In this document: positions 29,058 through 37,986 of the stretch, in pieces
Numbering within the stretch: the first letter of the stretch is position 1
How the letters are laid out: every line of letters starts with the position of its first letter
Position numbers and translations under genes: made by a program
The notes under the pieces: model-generated
What the model was told of the DNA's origin: nothing
The model's input: the letters and a program-made list of their open reading frames with translations, nothing else
Database searches by the model: none
DNA from: a virus
Taxonomy: Duplodnaviria > Caudoviricetes
Length of the DNA: 64,000 nt
IMG/VR virus record: IMGVR_UViG_3300043077_000092
Direction: 5' to 3' (one strand)

Positions 29058-29801
29058 TTACGCCTCTTCGACACTAACTTCAAGGGCTGCACTTTCAGCT
29101 TTCTTCTCTTCAGAAGTAGCATTCTTCTTAGAGTTTTTTCCTTTACCCTTAGAAGACTTTGCAGTATTGGCAGTATCAGTCTTTGCTTCCGATACCACAT
29201 TCTCAGCATTAGCAGGTGCGGCTGCGGCATCTGTATTAGGTTGTCCAGCTTCAGTATTCTCATTTGCAGGAGTAACTGTTTCAGTAGGAGTTTCCCCAGA
29301 TGACTCTGTTACCTGAACAGGGTTCTCCTCTGATGGAGCTACGCTCTCGTTAGTAGCATCAGCCTTTTCTTCAGCTTTTGCTTCCGATACCACATTCTCA
29401 GCATTAGCAGGTGCGGCTGCGGCATCTGTATTAGGTTGTCCAGCTTCAGTATTCTCATTTGCAGGAGTAACTGTTTCAGCGTTCTCGTTACTGGCTCCCT
29501 CCTGTTTGGGTTCTTCCTGCTTACCCTCTTCTTTTTCAGGCTCATCGTTCTTCTCCTCTGTAACAACTACCTTCTTAGGTACGTTATTATCCTGATCAAA
29601 ATTCTGAGCGTTAAGCTGTACATCAGTTCCGTTTGAGAGTCTCTCCCAAACATCTGCTCTGTCCTGAGTAATCATAGACCAGATACGGTCGGTTGACTCA
29701 AGATAAGGTGTTCTAATTGGTGCCATGAAACGACCACGACTTGTAGTTACGTTACCACGACTTCTAACGGTAATCATCTTTGATGATATAGTTCTTCCCA
29801 T
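29058..29801 (-). CDS. Protein with small N-terminal domain and E/A/T/N-rich disordered tail containing a 34-aa duplication
   Basis: SD AAGGAGG; ETVTPANENTEAGQPNTDAAAAPANAENVVSEAK twice. Confidence 0.8.
   Translation of the reverse strand: MGRTISSKMITVRSRGNVTTSRGRFMAPIRTPYLESTDRIWSMITQDRADVWERLSNGTDVQLNAQNFDQDNNVPKKVVVTEEKNDEPEKEEGKQEEPKQEGASNENAETVTPANENTEAGQPNTDAAAAPANAENVVSEAKAEEKADATNESVAPSEENPVQVTESSGETPTETVTPANENTEAGQPNTDAAAAPANAENVVSEAKTDTANTAKSSKGKGKNSKKNATSEEKKAESAALEVSVEEA
29182..29479. repeat. 103-bp exact direct repeat (29182-29284, 29377-29479)
   Basis: Identical copies 195 bp apart, in frame. Confidence 0.95.
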
Positions 29802-29844
29802 TTCGTTTTAAATCCTCCTTCTTTATAATTTTTAATATGTCCGG

Positions 29845-30138
29845 TTAGATACCTTCCGGAATGAAACTTTCTGTAAGGTTCTCGACCTCGTCCTCTGCCA
29901 TTTCATCAGAAGGTGGAATCTTTGCTAAAAGCTTTTCCATCTCAGCCTCATCTCCGACCCCGTCGCCTTCCATGTCATCGTCAACAGTATCGTTATCGTC
30001 GCCTGTCAAAGCATCAATGATATCATCATCGATTGCCTCTTCAAACATTGCTAACTGTTCATTACTACTGTCTTCTGCACGCTGGCTCTGATTAATTGCC
30101 TCCATTAATGTAGACAAACCATGTGATGCGATTCCCAT
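29845..30138 (-). CDS. Small, extremely acidic protein (97 aa)
   Basis: D/E-rich; SD AAAGGAG. Confidence 0.75.
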   Translation of the reverse strand: MGIASHGLSTLMEAINQSQRAEDSSNEQLAMFEEAIDDDIIDALTGDDNDTVDDDMEGDGVGDEAEMEKLLAKIPPSDEMAEDEVENLTESFIPEGI

Positions 30139-30206
30139 GATATTATCTCCTTTCTAATAAAATTATAGTATGTAATCTTAAATTACACCTTGATTACTTG
30201 CGTGTT

Positions 30207-31451
30207 TTAAGAGTATGAATTATTGAGGTACTCTCTGTACGCAATTAAAATGTATAGAACAATTGGTACCAGATAGAAATAGGTCTCTGAATAATCTGGT
30301 TCAAGTATTCCCTTAAGATCTTTTAAATCTTCTTCTGATAAGAACTTTTCAAATGTATTAGTCTGGAAATACCGAATGATGATATTCTCCAGAATTGTAA
30401 CTGAATTAGATTCCCTTATATGCTTTAAATCATATAACCAATTGAAATCCATATACTCATTTCTTGGATGTCTTGCATTCTTATCTATATAAGCGTGAAT
30501 TAAATAAACATTCTCTTCACCCCAATAAGAAAATGGGTTCGTTCGAGTTCTAGGAAAATCAGTTACATCATATAGAAGCTGATTGATACGATTAATATCT
30601 CTCATCTCTACAGCACGAAATACTGTCTTATTGTATTCTCCTCTAAAGGATTCATCCTGTTCAATTACAACTGGTTGTAAGATTTCAGTATAGTAATCCA
30701 ACAAGTCATGGTTTAATATAAACTTTGTCAGATATGGATCATAGACAATATACTTCCCATTCGTATATCCTCTAAAGATAAACGAATTGTATTTTCTACT
30801 AAAGAAAGTATCAATGTAATCTGACATAGCCTGACCTATGATATCCTTTATCTCTACTACGGTATCAAATACCTTATTGGAGACAACACACTTCTCATTA
30901 GAACCGACATTATCCAAGATAACTTTCATATCCTGAACTGTAATATCAGCCAATTGATTTTCGTAATCTTCAGAGTCAATATCAACAACGTGCATTGGTA
31001 CTTTATAATAGCCGCCAATCTTCATTGTCGCAATCTGGACATTATTAACCCTGAACATGATACTTCTTCCAGATGAGAATTTGTATAGCATATAATCATA
31101 TGCGTTTGGAATGATTGTTCCGGGTGGGATAAGAGGTTCAATTTCAACTTCCATATCCATAATGCCATTATCATCCAATCGCATTTCGATATTCTGCATA
31201 TCTTTTGTAACACCAAAGAGTGGTAATCCTTCTATCTTATTATAACGGAATGGTGAATCTTTTCCAATAAGATTATCAGCGGTTTCTGTTCCTTGGGTAA
31301 CTGTACTCTTCTTATCATTGACATTAAACCATGTAACAAGAATTGGATCACCCAAACCAGTGATACTAATAGAGGAACCACTCTGGAGTATCTTATCAAG
31401 TTCAGACATCGTATTCTTTACAATAGCATCCGAATTTTGTAAATATCCCAT
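30207..31451 (-). CDS. Hypothetical protein, possibly virion structural
   Basis: 414 aa, start overlaps upstream stop (TAATG); function guessed from context only. Confidence 0.6.
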   Translation of the reverse strand: MGYLQNSDAIVKNTMSELDKILQSGSSISITGLGDPILVTWFNVNDKKSTVTQGTETADNLIGKDSPFRYNKIEGLPLFGVTKDMQNIEMRLDDNGIMDMEVEIEPLIPPGTIIPNAYDYMLYKFSSGRSIMFRVNNVQIATMKIGGYYKVPMHVVDIDSEDYENQLADITVQDMKVILDNVGSNEKCVVSNKVFDTVVEIKDIIGQAMSDYIDTFFSRKYNSFIFRGYTNGKYIVYDPYLTKFILNHDLLDYYTEILQPVVIEQDESFRGEYNKTVFRAVEMRDINRINQLLYDVTDFPRTRTNPFSYWGEENVYLIHAYIDKNARHPRNEYMDFNWLYDLKHIRESNSVTILENIIIRYFQTNTFEKFLSEEDLKDLKGILEPDYSETYFYLVPIVLYILIAYREYLNNSYS

Positions 31452-31996
31452 TAGTATCCCTCCTTTCTTGAATCAATATCACTTGTCTTTTGCTTCAAGA
31501 ACCAATTCACGAATCCGAGCAATATTTCAAAAGCTGAAACTAAACCCGCACGATCATCTAAGAATATATTATAGAAAATCTTATTATCGTGCTCGTATTC
31601 TCTTTCAGCTTTAATTGCATCAGATTCTTCGTTTACATAATCACATTTGATATTTAACTTCTTACAAGTATCTTTCACCATATTGATATCAGAGTTTAAA
31701 GTTCTTGCAGTATAGCATATCATTGTAAACCCTAAAGCACTACAAACCTGAAGAAGTTTGACGACAGGCTCACATGAAATACCCCCTTTAGACGGCTGTA
31801 TCGTATCGTCAAAATCAAATGCGACGATAATATTACCATGCTCTTTATAATCATTGATTAATACGTCAATAAATCTTTGGTTTGTAAAGAATTCTTCGTA
31901 AAATCTATCCATTTCATTTAACGATTGCATTCGTTCTTTTATATCAGGCATCGTATCTGATTTAGTCAGATAATCTGCCACGGTTTGTAAAATCAT
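31451..31996 (-). CDS. HAD-superfamily hydrolase (capless, BT0820-like)
   Basis: IVAFDFDDTI, CYTAR, K..NIFLDDRAG. Confidence 0.85.
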   Translation of the reverse strand: MILQTVADYLTKSDTMPDIKERMQSLNEMDRFYEEFFTNQRFIDVLINDYKEHGNIIVAFDFDDTIQPSKGGISCEPVVKLLQVCSALGFTMICYTARTLNSDINMVKDTCKKLNIKCDYVNEESDAIKAEREYEHDNKIFYNIFLDDRAGLVSAFEILLGFVNWFLKQKTSDIDSRKEGY

Positions 31997-32128
31997 TTAA
32001 CATCCCTCCTTTAAGGAAATGTGGACTATACTAACAAAATTGGACAAAAAAGAATGAGTGATGGAAATTGTATTAATCCCATCACTCATCCCGTATATCA
32101 AGTATACCCCTAATTAATTTGTTTGTAT

Positions 32129-32311
32129 CTATACCAAATCCGATACGTCGATACCATTTCTGTCTGCATAATCCTCCAGAACTTTCCCCAAGAATGACAT
32201 AGTGTCCTCATTATCTGAAGCATTTAACTCCAGATACTCGTCACGATTGATTGATGTCAGTAACTCTGATAACATCTCACGTTTTTCATCGAGTGTAAAA
32301 TCTCTTGCCAT
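32129..32311 (-). CDS. Small acidic hypothetical protein (60 aa)
   Basis: MARDFTLD start after AAAGGAGG. Confidence 0.65.
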   Translation of the reverse strand: MARDFTLDEKREMLSELLTSINRDEYLELNASDNEDTMSFLGKVLEDYADRNGIDVSDLV

Positions 32312-32557
32312 AGTTGAATTCCTCCTTTCTTTAGTTGAGCTATATTCGTGATAGTTTGATGTCATGGTTTCTTGTATACTCAACAATCATATTTTTGAGT
32401 AGTTTCACGCAATCACCCTCAAACTTATCATCACCCTGACTAATGTCGATGTATCCCCATCCAACAACTGACCGTATGCATAATCCAACATCTCGCTTGT
32501 TGTATGAATGGTAGTTGAATTTGTCTCTCCCATGTTAAGTTTAACCTCTTTTCTGTA

Positions 32558-33094
32558 TTATGATCTTTCCCCAATAGAGATTCTTGCTATTGCAAATTCT
32601 GTGAATGTTGAAGGATTAACCACTGTAGTATATTCGTAGTTACCCTTAACCCTATCATACATTCTTTTCATTGCATTTTCAGTATCACCCTTTGCAATTC
32701 TCTCAACGTATAAGTTAAGACCATTACTTCTAAGAAGGGATTCGTATTGGTCATCCGTTATACAGGATAATCCAAATATATCTTCCAACGCCGCATTGCT
32801 AATTACAGTAGATGCTTTAGTCATTGTTTCAACCAAGAATCTCATAGTATCATCTTTTATAGAAGACGTATCAGTGATAGGAGTTTTCCCGTCTATAATC
32901 TTTCCTACCTTGTAGCATACTGACATCTCTGCATTTAAAACAGCTATATCAGAAAAGAGTTTCTTAGTAATTCGACGATGGAAAAAGTCATTATACACCA
33001 CCAATATGATAATTACAATCATAAGTGTTAACATCACGATACCAAAGATGAGGCTAATGTGACCAGCCAATGTATTTAAGTCTAAATTTTTCAT
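32558..33094 (-). CDS. Membrane-anchored hypothetical protein
   Basis: Single N-terminal hydrophobic helix. Confidence 0.7.
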   Translation of the reverse strand: MKNLDLNTLAGHISLIFGIVMLTLMIVIIILVVYNDFFHRRITKKLFSDIAVLNAEMSVCYKVGKIIDGKTPITDTSSIKDDTMRFLVETMTKASTVISNAALEDIFGLSCITDDQYESLLRSNGLNLYVERIAKGDTENAMKRMYDRVKGNYEYTTVVNPSTFTEFAIARISIGERS

Positions 33095-34123
33095 TTACAT
33101 TTCCCTTTCTATGATAAATTTTTCTTTTGGTACACCGAAATCTTTCCCTATAGAATTTCGATATACTGAGAAGTTCTTTGTATAGAGTTTTAGCTGATTC
33201 CGTAGTAATTCATAATCCATAATGCTATCAGAATCCCGATAGATGTCAATGTATATATTGGAACCAACCAATCCTTTATTGATGTAGTATAATAGAGGAT
33301 TATAAAATGCACCATGATTTGTACTCATAAATATACAATCCTCTGCTATTCCGCCGTAGATATTATATACAACGGATAAGATGTCAAACGGTCCTTCTGT
33401 AACAACGAACCGAATTGGATTTTGTGAAATCGTATTTATTCCATTCTTAATCGTAAAGAACGAATGAGCGTTTGATTCCATTCCGAATATATTGAATTTA
33501 ACATATCGGAACTTATTCTTACCAGTAATATCACGAAGTATAATATACTCATTCTTTACAGATAACCATCCAATATAGTCCCTTTCGTAAGTCTCAATGA
33601 AAGGTTGATATTTCTTTAATAACGGAATATTATTTATCTGCAAAAACTCCCTGATACTGAATACTAACTTTAATCGCTCATAGTCTTCTAGCGGTACTTG
33701 AACTCCAATACGTTCATTCATATAACGAATTTTCCGTATGGTGTTTTGAGTCTTTCGTGGTGGTGGAATTATAACATTGATTTCTTTGTTATTCTTGTAC
33801 TTATTGACTCTAACTCCGCCGCTGCTATTAAAAGCCATTTTGTTAATTCTCTTCAATAACCGAATATCTTCATCATTATCAGAACCAGTTATCATAGAGA
33901 ACATATCTGGTGTAAGTAACCCAAATTCTCCACAATTGAAGCAGATATACTTTACAGGGTCACTCGGATCATTTGGATCACAAACGATGTATAGTCGTTT
34001 CTTATTTGCATCCCTCTTTGAATCTCCGCATAAAACGCATCTTGTCTTTACACGGATATCTCCAACTGGAACGCAATTTCTGTTATGCCTTAGTATTTCT
34101 AAGAATTCCGATTTATCGCTCAT
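33095..34123 (-). CDS. DNA primase (T4 gp61/DnaG-like)
   Basis: Zn finger RCVLCGDS..CFNCG; TOPRIM VTEGPFD and DSD. Confidence 0.9.
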   Translation of the reverse strand: MSDKSEFLEILRHNRNCVPVGDIRVKTRCVLCGDSKRDANKKRLYIVCDPNDPSDPVKYICFNCGEFGLLTPDMFSMITGSDNDEDIRLLKRINKMAFNSSGGVRVNKYKNNKEINVIIPPPRKTQNTIRKIRYMNERIGVQVPLEDYERLKLVFSIREFLQINNIPLLKKYQPFIETYERDYIGWLSVKNEYIILRDITGKNKFRYVKFNIFGMESNAHSFFTIKNGINTISQNPIRFVVTEGPFDILSVVYNIYGGIAEDCIFMSTNHGAFYNPLLYYINKGLVGSNIYIDIYRDSDSIMDYELLRNQLKLYTKNFSVYRNSIGKDFGVPKEKFIIEREM

Positions 34124-34270
34124 GATAGTTTACCACCTTATAGATAGAATATAATTCCAGTAATAGTGACTCCAGCTAATATAGCAGTTGCAACACAAAC
34201 CAAGAACCATCGTGCTGCATCATCAAGTATATCATTTGCAACTGTCTCAGCCAGTTCATTTATTGCTTGT

Positions 34271-34507
34271 TTAATGTCTTCGGTGATTTTTCCATTCACG
34301 GGTTTCTACCGCCTTTCTTCTTCTGTCTACTCCGGAAACTAAAGTCTCTGATATTGAAATTAAAATTGTACCTGCTACAAATATAATAACCGCACACACA
34401 ACAGCAGTTAGGTCAATGACTAAAAATACACTGTCGGCTAATCGATTAAAGAAACTTGCAACTTTGGTACAGGGTGACGTTTTAGTGTAAACGCTATAAG
34501 TAGTCAT
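34271..34507 (-). CDS. Small membrane protein
   Basis: One hydrophobic segment, basic tail, SD GAGGTG. Confidence 0.55.
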   Translation of the reverse strand: MTTYSVYTKTSPCTKVASFFNRLADSVFLVIDLTAVVCAVIIFVAGTILISISETLVSGVDRRRKAVETREWKNHRRH

Positions 34508-34562
34508 ATCTATTCACCTCTTTTCTTCTATTTTAGTAATAAGTTATACACCCCACAATCAT

Positions 34563-35315
34563 TTATTTGAACATAGGTATTCCACTGTTCAATGAGTTTA
34601 ATACATTACAAGATAAAATAAGGAACATTTCCACCTTCTTTAACTCATCCAAATCAACATTATGGATTCTATTAATACAGAAGATAGTCCATGAATCCGG
34701 ACGAACTCCTAAGGAATAAAGTAAGGTAGAACCAGAATATATGTTGATTCTTGGTACATCTGTACCATCTGTAACACCACTCTCTTCATACCGAACGGTA
34801 TAACCTGACCGTACAAATACGGTATTTAACAGAAACTCAATTATCCCATACTTATTGAACTTATCAAGCACTGGTTCATCAGTATCAGAACTTTCCTGAA
34901 ACCAGAACGATAAAGCCAATCTACGTAACTGAATGATGGTAATAATCTCGTTTATAACATTCGCATTTCCCTTCCAACTATCACGGGTTCTAATATCCTG
35001 ACAGGTTGGTGTATCAGTTGTATTTGTAGAAACGAGTTGAATTTCATCAGCATCAATGCTGTTTATATAGATCGTAGCCGTTGGTACTTTCTTACCAGCT
35101 TCCAAACGAATTCTACGTTTGGTATAAGTAACTCCATCAACTGTATTCATCTGGAATACTCTACCACTTCCTACAAACTCAGGTAAATCAATCTCTGTCT
35201 TTACCTTTGGTGAATTTCTTCGGATCTCAAAATCCTCTCCCAGAACTTTCAGTTCATCCCCAAGAATTTCCGTCCCAATTTTAATAACGTCAATGTCCAT
35301 TGTAAATGTTGCCAT
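34563..35315 (-). CDS. Hypothetical protein
   Basis: 250 aa, SD AAGGAGG. Confidence 0.75.
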   Translation of the reverse strand: MATFTMDIDVIKIGTEILGDELKVLGEDFEIRRNSPKVKTEIDLPEFVGSGRVFQMNTVDGVTYTKRRIRLEAGKKVPTATIYINSIDADEIQLVSTNTTDTPTCQDIRTRDSWKGNANVINEIITIIQLRRLALSFWFQESSDTDEPVLDKFNKYGIIEFLLNTVFVRSGYTVRYEESGVTDGTDVPRINIYSGSTLLYSLGVRPDSWTIFCINRIHNVDLDELKKVEMFLILSCNVLNSLNSGIPMFK

Positions 35316-35423
35316 AATAGTACGCCTCCTTCAAACGTATTTTTATAAAATAAAAGATTGAAGTGGGGCAGAACTTATTTCTTATCTTACTCCCACTTCA
35401 ATCCTTATTATCATATGAATCTT

Positions 35424-37115
35424 TTAAATCTCATCAATGAAATTGAGCAACTCATCCGAAATGATATCCTCATTGAATACAATAACCTCACCAGTCAATT
35501 CCGGCTGTTCATACTCTACGAATGTATAATTGTTATTAAGTACTCTTGAGATAATCTTTAAGATCGGATCATCTTTAAATCCCTCAATCATGATTGTATA
35601 TTTATCTTTTACAAGATGCGTATATGTTGATGATGATTTCAGCTTATTAATGAATTTGCTGTTTTGCAGTAATCTATTACTCACCTTTCCTTTAAGAAGG
35701 GAGCTTATAAACCACTGTAATTCTTTGTATCCTTTACTTGAAAGTTGCCGCTTGGCGATCACTACAAACTTCATGACCTGCCTAATTGATGCGGACTTCA
35801 ATTCGGTAAACCCACCGAACTCTTTTGCAAAATCATAATTTAACATATCGTTATGGAACTTATCCATATTGAACAGATATTTCGTATAGAACGCAATCTC
35901 ATCATCAGAAATCTTACCATAAGTACGTTCAAGACGAGAGATTACATCTGCAAGTGCTTTATAAGAGCGAACCGCCCTTGTCTCATCTACCTTTATCTGC
36001 ATCTGTTCCAGTTTATCAATTCCTGATAATCCGTCTGGTCCTTTTTCTGCCGTTACACGAACTGGATCAAAGTTATACTGAACCTGCTGAACGGTAAACT
36101 TTAACTGAGTCTCAATGATCGCCTTAAGGAAAGCAGAGAGTGCATTGTTAAACTGGAACTTAAAGAAATTATCGCTGAGTAAGAATTTCACCAGCAATCT
36201 ATCCAACTGAGAAGACTCGGTTGTTCCTCTAAGAGCAGCCTGCTGTTCCCAAATAACATTGTGACCTTTATAGTGTTTCTTTACTTTCTTCTCTGTAAAG
36301 ACATAGAGTTTCTCCTGAATTGCGTCAGCTTCATACTCGTCATTCTGATCACCAACCTTGTAGAATATGTCAACGAACAAATCCAACATGATACGATTGA
36401 TAAGTGGATCATTATCGGAATAGATGGTATTCGTTGCAATATAATGCTCTACCGGTGGGATGATAATCTTTAACATCATACTGATCGCCAGAAGTCTCTT
36501 AATATCATCATTTGTAAAGTCATCTGGTCCATTAAACACACGACCAGTTTTCCTATCTATTGTAGCATCAATATAGTGGTTATCTTCCACCATCTTGTAT
36601 ATATTCTCTTTAAGATTATAATCTCTAAAGATTTTCCCCAGTAAGTGTTTTTTGAACTCGATAATTGTCAGAGAGTGTTTTCCATCATCGATGATGTTCT
36701 TCATATACATATAGAGCGTCATCAATTCTTTCTCCGGATCATAGAATTCTGTGAAGTAACTTAAGTACTGGCAAACAGGCACCAACTTATTCTGGAATGC
36801 CTTACGTCCTATTGTAAAAGTCTCCGCATCTCTCTCTTCTTCTTCAGTTTTGTACATGCTTGTTTTCATGGAGTGAGGCAAAGCTTTCTTAAAGTTCATA
36901 CGTACATTTGGGTGCTCATCTATAATCCATATATCCTCTACGGATTTAGCTAGAGTACTCAAATCCATTGCTTTAAAATATGCAATGTCTTTGTCTTTAT
37001 CCTCTTCTTTGTCTTTCTTCTTGTTAGCGATGGCTTCAGCTAACAGTTTGTCGTACATTTCACGAGTGATAAAACCAGCCCACTCGTCAATTCTTACAAA
37101 ATCTTTACTTGCCAT
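35424..37115 (-). CDS. Probable sigma-like promoter-specificity subunit of non-virion RNAP (AR9 gp226 / phiKZ gp68-like)
   Basis: Helical ~560 aa; FTNDDIKRLLAISMMLKIIIPPVEHY resembles the family pattern as recalled; two genes from GroEL, as AR9 gp226 is from gp228; double TATATTA at 37147-37158; start likely 37115 after GAGGAGG. Confidence 0.6.
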   Translation of the reverse strand: MASKDFVRIDEWAGFITREMYDKLLAEAIANKKKDKEEDKDKDIAYFKAMDLSTLAKSVEDIWIIDEHPNVRMNFKKALPHSMKTSMYKTEEEERDAETFTIGRKAFQNKLVPVCQYLSYFTEFYDPEKELMTLYMYMKNIIDDGKHSLTIIEFKKHLLGKIFRDYNLKENIYKMVEDNHYIDATIDRKTGRVFNGPDDFTNDDIKRLLAISMMLKIIIPPVEHYIATNTIYSDNDPLINRIMLDLFVDIFYKVGDQNDEYEADAIQEKLYVFTEKKVKKHYKGHNVIWEQQAALRGTTESSQLDRLLVKFLLSDNFFKFQFNNALSAFLKAIIETQLKFTVQQVQYNFDPVRVTAEKGPDGLSGIDKLEQMQIKVDETRAVRSYKALADVISRLERTYGKISDDEIAFYTKYLFNMDKFHNDMLNYDFAKEFGGFTELKSASIRQVMKFVVIAKRQLSSKGYKELQWFISSLLKGKVSNRLLQNSKFINKLKSSSTYTHLVKDKYTIMIEGFKDDPILKIISRVLNNNYTFVEYEQPELTGEVIVFNEDIISDELLNFIDEI

Positions 37116-37173
37116 TTGTACAAGATCCTCCTCTTCGCTATTCATGTAATATAATATATTTACGAAAGCATAC

Positions 37174-37980
37174 TTACCTTTTCTTTATAGTTCCTCGGGT
37201 CTTTTGAATCGGGTTTTTACGGTGGGCAGTCTTTGCAATCGTTGAAGAAATCTTTGGCATAGTACCAATGCTTCTTATTAACGATGCGGGACTACCTTCT
37301 GTATGCAAAATTTTTCCCGATGAACCTGCTTTATTATGGTTTACTTCAGACTGTTTCTTTTTCTTTAATTTGTCTGCTGCCTTATTATATTCATCCATAA
37401 TTTGACTTAATGTCCTTATATGGGATACCAAGTATTTCTCATCATAGACTTTAGCAACAGCCTCTAAAGTAACACGGTTCATTTTCTTTGAATCCATAAT
37501 ATAACGAGCAGCAAAGTAAATATACTTATCGTACATAACATTTTGGTTACGGTTTCTTATATCTGGGGAATCAGTTGTAGGCTGTTTCCCCAGTTTGTCT
37601 GCTAATTGAGGTATAAGCAACCCCACCTTATTGTACACGTAAGCATACGTGTACGCAAAGGATGGTGTATTTGCGAAGACCTGAAAATCGTACTTGGCTA
37701 TCGACATATCACGCCGATGTTTTTTCTCGCTGTCAAAGAAATGATAGACTACGTCATAGGTGTTATCACGTTCGGTTTCGGTTGGTATTACTAGCCAGAA
37801 CCAATATTCGTCGTTTGCACCATTTCGATAAATCTTCATCTCAATTTGTTTTTGTCTACCTTTAGAGCCATCTGTAAGTTTGTCATACTTTGCAGATAAT
37901 GCTCCAATGATAAGCGTCTTATTCGGGATTGACGCATCACCTTTACCGATTGGATTTTCAAGGAATTCTGCTAAATACAT
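37174..37980 (-). CDS. Hypothetical protein with basic tail
   Basis: 268 aa between GroEL and the sigma-like gene. Confidence 0.75.
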   Translation of the reverse strand: MYLAEFLENPIGKGDASIPNKTLIIGALSAKYDKLTDGSKGRQKQIEMKIYRNGANDEYWFWLVIPTETERDNTYDVVYHFFDSEKKHRRDMSIAKYDFQVFANTPSFAYTYAYVYNKVGLLIPQLADKLGKQPTTDSPDIRNRNQNVMYDKYIYFAARYIMDSKKMNRVTLEAVAKVYDEKYLVSHIRTLSQIMDEYNKAADKLKKKKQSEVNHNKAGSSGKILHTEGSPASLIRSIGTMPKISSTIAKTAHRKNPIQKTRGTIKKR

Positions 37981-37986
37981 GGCTAT

